In this document: one piece after another, positions 6,977 through 14,451 of the stretch
How the letters are laid out: every line of letters starts with the position of its first letter
How positions within the stretch are numbered: position 1 is the stretch's first letter
Assembly (NCBI GenBank): GCA_043775155.1
Contig: JAYVSR010000177.1
Location: forward strand, 1-14,451
Origin: Burkholderiales bacterium
Lineage (GTDB): Bacteria > Pseudomonadota > Gammaproteobacteria > Burkholderiales > JAEUOS01
Length of the DNA stretch: 14,451 nucleotides
Direction of reading: 5' to 3'
The notes under the pieces: generated by a model
The model's input: only the letters and a program-made list of their open reading frames with translations
What the model was told of the DNA's origin: nothing
Databases searched by the model: none
Position numbers and translations under genes: made by a program

Positions 6977-9175
6977 TCAAGCGCTGCGCTGTAAGGTCAG
7001 CGTAAAGGTCACGCCATCGCTCGTGTTTTCAGCGCGCACGGTGCCACCCATTTTCGCCATGTAGGTTTTGGTGACGAACAGACCTTGACCGCGATGCGTC
7101 GTCACGCCGTCGCCGGTGGCGTCACCGCTGGGCTCCGAGACCCCGTACTCAAAAATCCGCTCCAGCCGCGCCGCTTCAATCTGCGGGCCGCTGTTCTCAA
7201 TCGCGATCCGGGCGGTGGCCTCGTCGTGCGTGAGCCTGATCACAATCGCCGAACCCGGGGTGCGAAAGCGCTCGGCGTTGGTGAGGATATGCGTGACCGC
7301 ATCCTCCAGCGGAAACTCATCGGCGCGCGCCAGCACCGGCGTGGCGGGCGCGCTGCGCTCGAATTGCACATTCGAGATACCGGCGAAATGCGCGTTGTCC
7401 GCGATGTTGGCGAGGAACGCATCGAGATCGAGCGCGCCGACTTTTAGCGCGGCCGCCTCCAGCGCCTCGCTCGGAGAAGCGGTGCCGTAGAGCACGCGTA
7501 CCGCCTGCTGCATGCGCTGCACGTAGCGGTTGCTGGCGTCATCGGGTGCGGCGTGCAACACCATCAAGGATTGCAGCGGCGACATGATCTCGTGGCCGAC
7601 CGCATGCCACATGTCGCGCTCCTGGCGTGCGCGAATCTGCTCGCGCTGCACGTCGTCCTTCACCCGCTGTAGCAGGTCATCAAGACTCGCGGCAAGAATG
7701 CCAAGTTCATCTTTGCCGCGCAAATCGGCGAGACCCACCGCGCCGCTGCGTTGATCCGCCTGCGCGTCTTGCACGTTGTGCGAAATCGCGGCGGCGCGCT
7801 GCGTCAACACCGCGATGCGTCGAATCAAGCCAAGCTCGATCAACGCCCAGGCGATGGCGATGGCGCCGAGCATGGCGGCGACAAACCACGACATGCGCGT
7901 CGCCACCACGCTGATCGCCTGATCGACACTGCGCAAACTGCCGCTGAGCGTGACGCTGTAGTCACCGACGGCAGTGCGCACGGTCTCGGTACTTTCAATG
8001 CTTGATGGTGCGGGGGTTGTACTGCCAGAGAGGCTAACTGCGGCGCTACCCGCGGCGTTAACTGCGGCGCTGCCCGCCACCGGCAAGCGCCGCACCAGAT
8101 GATCGAGCCAGGGCGCGGATGCTTCCCTTGCTTCTTCCGCGCCCTTCAGGGTCAGGAGCAGGGGCGTGTTCGCGCCCGCGCGGCGAATCCGCAACGTCTC
8201 CCCCGGTGCGAGGGTCGCGGCGATGTCGTTGAGCGATAGCGGCACCGTGGCGCCCGGAGCATTGCTGTCGAACAAAGGCGCGGTGCTTTGCGGCGCGAGC
8301 ATTTCAAACCGTACTTCAGTGCTGGCCAAATCAGGTGGCGGCCACACCGGGCGCAGCTTTTGAAACAGCGCATCGCGAAACACCTCTACCGGCAAGCGAA
8401 TCGAAAAAAACGAGCGCTGCACGCATGCGGTGGTGCCTCCTGCGCACTCCGCGTCTTGCCACAGCCAGCCGCGAAAATCGCGCACCGGCCGCGTGGCCGT
8501 GGGCAAGGTTGACCCTGGATCAACAAACCCGGTCAGGCGGCCGCGCACGCTTGACGCAGACCCCGACCCCGACCCCGACGCAGCCCCTGCCCCCAACGGC
8601 GCGGCGCTCGCCGCCTGCGCTTCAAACGGTGCGACCCAGCGCGTGGTCTCGCCGCGCATCGTCAGGGTCACACGGGCGCGGTGCCATTCTTCCAGCGCTG
8701 TGCTGCCGCTCTCGCGCGTCACCAGCGGACCGCTGAAAAAACTGCCGATCAAATAGATGAAGCCACCGGCGTAAGGGTTGTTGCCGACCGCGACACAGAG
8801 CGAGCTGCCATCGGGGTATTGCACCGAGCAGCCGGCCGTTTCCACCGCCTGCCGCGCCTTGTTCGGGTCGTCAAAATCAATCGCGCCGAAGGGCAACAGC
8901 AGCGGGCGCAGCGGCGTGGCGGCGGCATCGCGCAGGGCAGGGTTGAGCAGCGCGAGCTGGCCGGCCGGGTGGCGCAGTTTCGCCGTCACCTCGGCCAGCG
9001 TCTTGCCGAAGTTGCGGCGATAGGTGTCGTAGCTGCGCTCTTTTTCACCGGTGAGCAACGCCAGCGCGAGCGCGAGAGTGGCAAGCGCCAGCAGCAGAAA
9101 CGCGCCGCGAAACAGGATGCGGCGGCGGAACGACGCCAGCCCCAGGCGCGGCATCGCCAGCGATGGCACTTTCAT
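6977..9175 (-). CDS. Sensor histidine kinase (TM1 - ~400-aa periplasmic domain - TM2 - HAMP - HisKA - HATPase_c)
   Basis: TM segments ILFRGAFLLLALATLALALALL and MSWFVAAMLGAIAIAWALIELGLI. HAMP: DELGILAASLDDLLQRV. H-box: WHAVGHEIMSPLQSL. G-box: GQGLFVTKTYMAKMGG. The periplasmic domain carries two Cys pairs and a GSGSGS tract. Confidence 0.85.
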   Translation of the reverse strand: MKVPSLAMPRLGLASFRRRILFRGAFLLLALATLALALALLTGEKERSYDTYRRNFGKTLAEVTAKLRHPAGQLALLNPALRDAAATPLRPLLLPFGAIDFDDPNKARQAVETAGCSVQYPDGSSLCVAVGNNPYAGGFIYLIGSFFSGPLVTRESGSTALEEWHRARVTLTMRGETTRWVAPFEAQAASAAPLGAGAASGSGSGSASSVRGRLTGFVDPGSTLPTATRPVRDFRGWLWQDAECAGGTTACVQRSFFSIRLPVEVFRDALFQKLRPVWPPPDLASTEVRFEMLAPQSTAPLFDSNAPGATVPLSLNDIAATLAPGETLRIRRAGANTPLLLTLKGAEEAREASAPWLDHLVRRLPVAGSAAVNAAGSAAVSLSGSTTPAPSSIESTETVRTAVGDYSVTLSGSLRSVDQAISVVATRMSWFVAAMLGAIAIAWALIELGLIRRIAVLTQRAAAISHNVQDAQADQRSGAVGLADLRGKDELGILAASLDDLLQRVKDDVQREQIRARQERDMWHAVGHEIMSPLQSLMVLHAAPDDASNRYVQRMQQAVRVLYGTASPSEALEAAALKVGALDLDAFLANIADNAHFAGISNVQFERSAPATPVLARADEFPLEDAVTHILTNAERFRTPGSAIVIRLTHDEATARIAIENSGPQIEAARLERIFEYGVSEPSGDATGDGVTTHRGQGLFVTKTYMAKMGGTVRAENTSDGVTFTLTLQRSA

Positions 9176-9205
9176 CGGGATGCCTTCATCATGCGACCGC
9201 CTGCT

Positions 9206-10081
9206 TCACGTATTGGCCTTCGAAGCCGCTTTCGGCGCGGTCGTCGCAGCAACCCAGCGAAACCCGCGCATCGGCACGTTATCAATGCCGTCGAACGCCG
9301 GGTCAATCTCGCGAAACGCATCGCGGATCGTGCTCACATGCTTGCGCACGTTGTCGCGGTTGCGCCCGCTTTTGACAACATCGAACAGATCGTCATACGA
9401 CACCACCTGCCCGGCCTGTTGATGCAGCGTCGCCAAAATCCGCTGCGCCGTCAGCGGCAGATTGATGCGCTGGCCGCGCCAGGTGGGGTTGCGCTGCCAG
9501 AGCGGGTCGAGTACCAGTTCGCTGGCGGTGGCAGTTGCAGTAGCGGCGGCGGCACCGGCAGCAGCAGAGGCGGCAGCGCCGCTGTTCGCATCCGCCTTGT
9601 GCGTTTTCGCCGCGCGCAGAATATCGAGAAACGTTTCGATGAAATCGTTTTCCTCGAACGTGGTCTTCTGCAAATAATCCCACGCGTCGAGCGCCTTCAT
9701 GATGCTGCGGTAAATCGCCGCCGGCATGGCGGAGACCACCAGCACCGGCGTGCCTTGCGCGCGTTTGTTGATCGCGTTGATCAGCGCCACGCCGGCATTG
9801 CGTTCACGGCCGAGTTCAATGTCGAGCACCACCATGTCGTAGGTCTCGCGCGCCAATGCCGCCTCGGCATCGTCGCGGCTGAACCACTGATGCACCTCGA
9901 TGCCGGGGCGCGCCGCGCGAATCCAGCCAGCGAGTTGGTTGCTGGTCGGAGCATCGTCTTCAATCACGGCGACGCGGGTCACCGATGGGACGGCGGTGGC
10001 GCGGGGGCTGCTGGCGGGCGGGCTGCTGGCGGCGGAGACGCTGGCAGCGAGGGGGCCACCAGTGGAAACAGTGTTTTTCAT
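9206..10081 (-). CDS. OmpR/PhoB-type response regulator (receiver + Ala-rich linker + winged-helix trans_reg_C)
   Basis: Receiver: VAVIEDD...MVVLDIEL...VLVVSA. C-terminal: LTAQRILATLHQQAGQVVSYDDL...VRKHVSTIRDAF...MRGFRW. The track start 10237 is TTG with a non-protein-like extension. ATG 10081 was chosen; an internal GTG (MTRVAVIEDD) is an alternative start. Confidence 0.75.
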   Translation of the reverse strand: MKNTVSTGGPLAASVSAASSPPASSPRATAVPSVTRVAVIEDDAPTSNQLAGWIRAARPGIEVHQWFSRDDAEAALARETYDMVVLDIELGRERNAGVALINAINKRAQGTPVLVVSAMPAAIYRSIMKALDAWDYLQKTTFEENDFIETFLDILRAAKTHKADANSGAAASAAAGAAAATATATASELVLDPLWQRNPTWRGQRINLPLTAQRILATLHQQAGQVVSYDDLFDVVKSGRNRDNVRKHVSTIRDAFREIDPAFDGIDNVPMRGFRWVAATTAPKAASKANT

Positions 10082-10116
10082 GGCGGCGATTATCGGCCAG
10101 CCGGGGGTGAAACGGT

Positions 10117-10200
10117 GTGAGTTTTTCTTCCGCGCCCGGAACGAAGCTGCCGTCGTTGTGATGGCACACCCCCCGCGCCGGTCTTGTTGCTTCCGCGCCC
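10117..10200. promoter_or_regulatory. Direct repeat CTTCCGCGCCC (10117-10127 and 10190-10200, 73 bp apart) in the divergent RR/SPFH intergenic region
   Basis: Read directly from sequence. OmpR-family regulators bind direct repeats, but assigning them as binding sites is inference. Confidence 0.25.
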
Positions 10201-10310
10201 AATGCGAACAATGGGAACCAGAGACGGCACCGATCAACCAGCAGTCCCCGCCCCTCTACAACACACCCGATCGACCGATCCGGCCAACCCACATCAGGAG
10301 GAAATACATC

Positions 10311-11618
10311 ATGAACCAGCGTTTGAAAGTCATCACCGAAGCGATTCGCAATCTGTTCGCCAGCCGCGCCGACGCGGCTGCGGGAGCAGAGCAGAGTGCA
10401 GGCAAAAATCCCGCACAACTCCTGGCACAAAAAGCCATCCAAGCCAAAGGCCCGATCATTGCCTTCGGCGCGCTCGCTACGGTCTGCTACGTGCTCGCCA
10501 GCCACCCGCCGATGCAAAGTGTCGAGCGCGGCGATCTCGCGGTGCGCGTCAACCGCGTCACCGGCAATGTGAGCGAGTGGCGCGATGGCACGGTGCTGGT
10601 GTTGCCCGGCGTTCACGACATGCGCGTGTTCTCGCTGCGCGACGCCACCTACCGCCCGGCGCAGTTGAGCCAAGCCAGCGGCACCGCACCCTTGCAGTCA
10701 CTCGAAGGCTTGTCTTTCGGCGTCGATCTCGCCGTGCGTTACGCGCTCGACCCCGCCAAGGTGAGTAGTCTCGCGGGCCGTCTGCCGGACAACATCGGCA
10801 ATGACCTGGTCGAGCCGGCCGTGCAGGGTGTGGTCTACAAGGTGTTTGCCCGCTACACCGTGCGTGAAACGTTTTCGACCAAGCGCGCCGAGATTCAAAA
10901 AATTATCGAGACTGAATTGGCGCAAAAGCTCGCCGCCGATGGCGTCATCCTGCGCTCGGTGCAGATGGGCAAGGTGGACTTGCCGGCCGACTACCGCCGC
11001 GGCATGGAAGTGCTGCTCGCCGAAGGCCTCGCCACCGAGAAGATGCGCTACACGTTGGAGTTGAAAGAAAAGCGCGTGATCGAAGTCGGCCTCGATGCCG
11101 ATGCCGATAAAGTACGCCGCGAAAAATCCGCCGAAGCCGCCGCGCGCGAACAGATCATCGCCGCCAAGGGGCAAGAAGAAGCGATGAAGCACGTGCTGCC
11201 GTTCAAGCAGCGCCAGATCGAACAGCGTCAGCTCGAAGCCGAAGCCGAGAAGGCATCGGTGGTGAAACGCGCTGAAGGCAGCGCGCAAGCGCGCCGCATC
11301 GAAGCCGGTGGTGAAGCCGAAGCGCGGCAAAAGTTGGCCGATGCTGAAATCTATCGGATGGAAAAAGTCGGAAAAACCAACGCCGAGCAAATGCAGCGTG
11401 AAGGCGCGCTGGTGACCAAGCATCCGCTGTTGATCCAAAAGACGCTGGCCGATAAATTGTCGGACAAGATTCAGGTGATCATCGCATCGCCCGGCGCGAA
11501 CGGCGGTTTCATCGGCGCGAATCTGCTCGGTGGCGCGAAGCCGGATGCACCCGCAAGCACCGAGCGCACAGCCGAAAAACATGCGGCGCGCAACAAAGAC
11601 GAGAAAGAGGAGGACTGA
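10311..11618 (+). CDS. SPFH/Band-7 (prohibitin/flotillin/HflK-C family) membrane protein with C-terminal coiled coil
   Basis: RBS caggaggaaatacatc-ATG. N-terminal TM GPIIAFGALATVCYVLA. Band-7 core (ILRSVQMGKVDLPADYRRGME). Glu/Ala/Arg-rich coiled coil. The track ORF 9900-10310 extension is rejected. Confidence 0.85.
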   Translation: MNQRLKVITEAIRNLFASRADAAAGAEQSAGKNPAQLLAQKAIQAKGPIIAFGALATVCYVLASHPPMQSVERGDLAVRVNRVTGNVSEWRDGTVLVLPGVHDMRVFSLRDATYRPAQLSQASGTAPLQSLEGLSFGVDLAVRYALDPAKVSSLAGRLPDNIGNDLVEPAVQGVVYKVFARYTVRETFSTKRAEIQKIIETELAQKLAADGVILRSVQMGKVDLPADYRRGMEVLLAEGLATEKMRYTLELKEKRVIEVGLDADADKVRREKSAEAAAREQIIAAKGQEEAMKHVLPFKQRQIEQRQLEAEAEKASVVKRAEGSAQARRIEAGGEAEARQKLADAEIYRMEKVGKTNAEQMQREGALVTKHPLLIQKTLADKLSDKIQVIIASPGANGGFIGANLLGGAKPDAPASTERTAEKHAARNKDEKEED

Positions 11619-11620
11619 TC

Positions 11621-13249
11621 ATGCGCTGCTCTGTCACTCGTTATTCGGGCATCGCCGCCGCGCTGATGGTGGCGGCAGCGGCGGGGGTGGCCGTCCCCGC
11701 GCTCGCTGCGCCAGCTTCCGCATCTGCGTCCACGTCCGCACCTGCACTTGCGCTCGTACCCGCACCCACGCCCACAACCGCCCCCGCACTGCCGATGGCG
11801 ATCATCACGCAAGACCAGTCTTACCTACGCGCCGCGCCGCGCGACTCGGCGCAGCAGCAGGCGGTGCTGTCGCACGGTGAGGTCGTCGAAGTGCGCGGCG
11901 AGCGCCTCGACTACGTGCAGGTCTACGACCACAAACGCGAGCGCGGCGGCTTTGTGCGCGCCTCGCAGTTAAAGCGCACGCGCTTCGCGCCAGAAGAAGC
12001 CGGCGAGTTGCAGAGCGTGGTGCGCTTCGTGCGCGACACGCCCGGCGCCGAGGCTTTGGGCATCGGCTACGTCGCGGCCTGGCTCAAAGCCGCGCCTGCC
12101 GCCCAGATCAACAGCGAAGCCGGTGCGGAAGCATTCGACGCGCTCGGCGGTTTCGCCGAGCGTCTGGCGCGCCGCGCATCAAGCGGCAGCGCGTTGTCGA
12201 AGCCCGCTGCCGCGCTGGTGGCCGCGCATCTCGATGTGGCGGCGCGCTACGGCGTCACCTTCCATAGCTTTGAGCTTGAGGGCCGCATGCAAATTTGCTA
12301 CGACGGTGAAGCCTTCGCTCGCGTGCTCAATCTCTCCACCCAAGCCGAGCGCCGCGCCCGCGCCGCACTGGCGTTGACGCGCAGCGACTGCATCAACCCG
12401 GCGCTGCGTCCGCTGGAGCGCGCCAAGCAGGACGAATCGCGCGCCGAGTTGCTCAACCGCATCGACACCGCAACCCTGCCGCCCTATTTGAAAAACCGCG
12501 TACAGATGCGCCGCGCCAGCCTGTGGAGCAGCATCGCCTATCAGCGCGCGCGTCAAGGCCAGGCGCCGGACGGCGCAGCGCAGCGCGCGATCAGCGAATT
12601 GGCCGGTATCAACAAAGCCGAATTCACCGATGACGATGTGCCGGCCTTCAACGATGCAGCGATGCGCGTCAATGCCTCGCGCTGGGCCGCCGAGCCGACG
12701 ATGAATGTACCGGTGGTGGTGAACACGTCTGCTGCGGCCGGTGTGGTTAATGCGGCCAATGCAGTGAAGCGCGTCAGCATCATCACCGAAGCAGGACAAC
12801 CCGGCGAGACCTGCGTCGCACTGGTAGCGCAAGGCGCGAACCCCAAAGAGCCGCTGGCGCGCCGCTGCACCTACGGCATCGTCTGGGCCAACTCGGCTAC
12901 CGTCAACCGCGAAGGCACTGCACTCGCGCTCGCCGTGCAGCCGATGGAAGCCTGGCGCGAGTTGTGGATTTTTCGCAAAGGCGCAGACGGCTGGAGCATC
13001 GGCGTGCTGCCGCCCGCCGCCACCGCGCCTGATCTGGGTTACGCCGAATTCGCCGGCTGGGTGCCAGGCGGCGCGCAGATGCTGGTGGCGCGCGAAGCAC
13101 GTGGCGAAGGCAAGTACAAGCGCAGTTTTGAAGTGGTCAAGCTCGACGGATTCGCCACCGAGCGGCAATCAAACGATCCCGCCACGCTCGGGCCGTTCAA
13201 CCGCTGGCAGGACGCGGCGTGGGTGAAAGCGAGTGTCAGTGTGCGTTGA
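11621..13249 (+). CDS. Secreted hypothetical protein with N-terminal SH3b-like domain (542 aa, 4 Cys), translationally coupled to the SPFH gene
   Basis: Start 2 nt after the SPFH stop, with a GAGGAGGA RBS inside the upstream gene's 3' end. Signal peptide ...AVPALA-APASA, then Ala/Pro/Thr linker. SH3b-like segment: ITQDQSYLRAAPRDSAQQQAVLSHGEVVEVRGERLDYVQVYDHKRERGGFVRASQL. The remaining ~400 aa are unrecognised. Confidence 0.7.
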   Translation: MRCSVTRYSGIAAALMVAAAAGVAVPALAAPASASASTSAPALALVPAPTPTTAPALPMAIITQDQSYLRAAPRDSAQQQAVLSHGEVVEVRGERLDYVQVYDHKRERGGFVRASQLKRTRFAPEEAGELQSVVRFVRDTPGAEALGIGYVAAWLKAAPAAQINSEAGAEAFDALGGFAERLARRASSGSALSKPAAALVAAHLDVAARYGVTFHSFELEGRMQICYDGEAFARVLNLSTQAERRARAALALTRSDCINPALRPLERAKQDESRAELLNRIDTATLPPYLKNRVQMRRASLWSSIAYQRARQGQAPDGAAQRAISELAGINKAEFTDDDVPAFNDAAMRVNASRWAAEPTMNVPVVVNTSAAAGVVNAANAVKRVSIITEAGQPGETCVALVAQGANPKEPLARRCTYGIVWANSATVNREGTALALAVQPMEAWRELWIFRKGADGWSIGVLPPAATAPDLGYAEFAGWVPGGAQMLVAREARGEGKYKRSFEVVKLDGFATERQSNDPATLGPFNRWQDAAWVKASVSVR

Positions 13250-13278
13250 TGCAGCCTTCGGTCGAAACATGCAATCGG

Positions 13279-13350
13279 CCGGAAACCTTTGGTGGGAGCA
13301 GTTTTTGAATGCTGTGTGACGCGATAACCGCTTGCACCAAGGGTTTCCGG
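13279..13350. repeat. Inverted repeat with 16-nt arms (CCGGAAACCTTTGGTG / CACCAAGGGTTTCCGG, 15/16 match) and a 40-nt loop, 30 nt downstream of the SH3b gene stop
   Basis: Read directly from sequence. The loop is too large for a canonical intrinsic terminator. Confidence 0.5.
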
Positions 13351-13634
13351 GCATCGCTGTTGAAGAAAACGCCACTTCGGCGCGGCATGCGACCAGCGGT
13401 GTTGGTGCGTCCAAGTTCACATCACCAGACGCCCGACTGCGCTGCCACCTCGCTGCGCGCTCGCGCGCCGGCGTTGAACGCGAGGTAATCGGCCTCGATG
13501 CCGTTGCTGAAAATGCCGCCGTGCTACGGCATCAGCAAAGTCAGCGGCAAGGTATCGCCGAGCATCGCGCAGGCTCGCAGCCCAGCTTTATCGCGCAGCG
13601 CTCCCTGCACCGCAGGGTTCGGGGGTATATGGCG

Positions 13635-14348
13635 CTAGGCAACGGCAAAGGCAATATGCCCTGCCTCAAGTAGCACGATCGTTCCGGGATTATCGGAATT
13701 GGCAGCAGGACCCTGCGGTGCCAGCTTTACCCAAGCGAGAGGCATCGTCATTCCGGTACGCATTTGAGAGAAAAGAGTTTTGAAGAAGCGACCGAATGCT
13801 TCACCATTTCTGTTCAGTGTAACTACGATATTTGCAGGCCAATCATCCTTTGACTGCAAAAAATGGTTGAACTCAGTATTCGTAACTACCTCGTGGGGAA
13901 TTTCGGTTGCAACGACCGCAATATGTGCTCCAGCCGCCCGTATAAGGTCGCGGAGCGAATACGGCTGTGCAGAAATCTTTCCTGATACCTCAAGAGCGCA
14001 GTACACGAAGAGAACGTTACACCTCGGGATCTTCTCGCTCTCGATATCGCTGGCCATGGCAAACTCAGAACTCAATTCGCCATGATCGCGTTGCGCCAGT
14101 CTTCTACCTTCATCTCCAGACAAGTTGAGAAATCCAATCGTAGGATTGCGAATTACATAAGGACTTGACGCCGAAGTGACTTGTGTAGGGGAAGAGGGGG
14201 ATTGCAATTTTGCCTGCCTGCGCTGTCCCCAAAGAATGGTTTGCCGAAAAACTTCTCCCTGAAACCAGCCAAGTATTACCACTCCCACGCCTACCGTACC
14301 AAGCCCAACGTAGAAGTTGAGCCTCAATAGGGCGACCCCAATCGCCAT
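13635..14348 (-). CDS. Hypothetical membrane-anchored protein (N-terminal TM helix, cytoplasmic C-terminal domain) in a low-GC, probably horizontally acquired, segment
   Basis: GGAGGG 10-15 nt upstream of the ATG. TM: FYVGLGTVGVGVVILGWF, followed by the positive stretch RRQAK. The composition switches from ~45% to ~60% GC near 13740, inside the ORF, so it may be chimeric or 3'-truncated. No family recognised. Confidence 0.45.
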   Translation of the reverse strand: MAIGVALLRLNFYVGLGTVGVGVVILGWFQGEVFRQTILWGQRRQAKLQSPSSPTQVTSASSPYVIRNPTIGFLNLSGDEGRRLAQRDHGELSSEFAMASDIESEKIPRCNVLFVYCALEVSGKISAQPYSLRDLIRAAGAHIAVVATEIPHEVVTNTEFNHFLQSKDDWPANIVVTLNRNGEAFGRFFKTLFSQMRTGMTMPLAWVKLAPQGPAANSDNPGTIVLLEAGHIAFAVA

Positions 14349-14451
14349 TAATCTGAAGTTCCCTCCAGCAGCGCTGAGGTAAAAGGGGTGAAATGAGAGC
14401 GAGAGGGATCGGTTTCAGGGTTGATTGTGAATGCATAATGTAGCCATGTAA
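13740..14451. other. Compositional island boundary: GC ~42-48% from ~13740 to the window end, against ~63-65% elsewhere
   Basis: Hand counts over 60-nt blocks: 60% at 13681-13740, 47% at 13741-13800, 42% at 13801-13860. Confidence 0.6.

Noticed and set aside
8681-10120. 479-aa + strand ORF
   Set aside because: Entirely antisense to the histidine kinase and response regulator genes. Arg/Gly/Ala-rich and compositionally non-protein-like. A typical high-GC shadow ORF.
10082-10237. N-terminal extension of the response regulator ORF, and the 9900-10310 extension of the SPFH ORF
   Set aside because: The RR extension begins at a TTG and is rich in Arg/Cys/His. The SPFH extension lacks a start signal, whereas ATG 10311 has a perfect GGAGG RBS. 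Both extensions lie in the divergent promoter region.
12179-13168. 329-aa minus-strand ORF
   Set aside because: Antisense to the SH3b protein gene. His/Arg/Gly-rich composition typical of reverse-strand reading of a GC-rich gene.
13332-13673. 113-aa + ORF, and the 13169-13420 minus ORF, in the region between the SH3b gene and the island
   Set aside because: No RBS. Only a short stretch (AGVEREVIGLDAVAENAAV) looks protein-like and the rest is Arg/Gln-rich. More likely a remnant of a disrupted native gene than an intact CDS. Mentioned in findings as a possible pseudogene fragment only.
14110-14436. 108-aa minus ORF overlapping the island ORF in another frame, and the 13780-14085 + ORF
   Set aside because: Shorter, Trp/Arg/Ser-rich or low-complexity. 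They overlap the better-supported 237-aa ORF, which has an RBS and a TM helix, and are probably frame shadows.
1-14451. Search for tRNA/rRNA/CRISPR/IS elements
   Set aside because: No T-loop GGTTCGAATCC-like motifs with a matching acceptor stem. No regularly spaced direct repeats with unique spacers. No transposase-like ORF or terminal inverted repeats.

Overview
High-GC (~63-65%) bacterial chromosomal segment. The Bug/TctC family gene and codon usage suggest Betaproteobacteria (Burkholderiales); this is inference. I support 13 protein-coding genes and found no tRNA, rRNA, CRISPR array or transposase.

Layout:
- 121-3336: catabolic/uptake cluster, consisting of a TfdA/TauD-type alpha-ketoglutarate dioxygenase, a Tat-exported amidohydrolase_2, and a convergent Bug/TctC periplasmic binding protein.
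- 3372-3674: lone ParD-like RHH antitoxin gene with two perfect palindromes in its AT-rich promoter and no partner toxin.
- 3863-5767: divergent pair of an acyl-CoA-dehydrogenase-like flavin monooxygenase and a cupin.
- 5783-6294: 11-bp tandem repeat followed by a small Arg-rich/coiled-coil hypothetical gene.
- 6367-10081 (minus strand): response regulator, then sensor kinase with a ~400-aa periplasmic domain, then a secreted GlcG/HbpS-like (DUF336) protein. This resembles the Streptomyces HbpS-SenS-SenR three-component haem/redox system.
- 10311-13249: divergently transcribed, translationally coupled pair of a membrane SPFH/Band-7 protein and a 542-aa secreted SH3b-containing protein of unknown function.
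- 13740-14451: GC drops to ~45%, indicating a horizontally acquired segment with a membrane-anchored hypothetical ORF running off the window. The compositional break lies inside that ORF.

Most long ORFs antisense to these genes are high-GC artefacts. The ORF track reports TTG/GTG starts as M, so several starts were re-placed.
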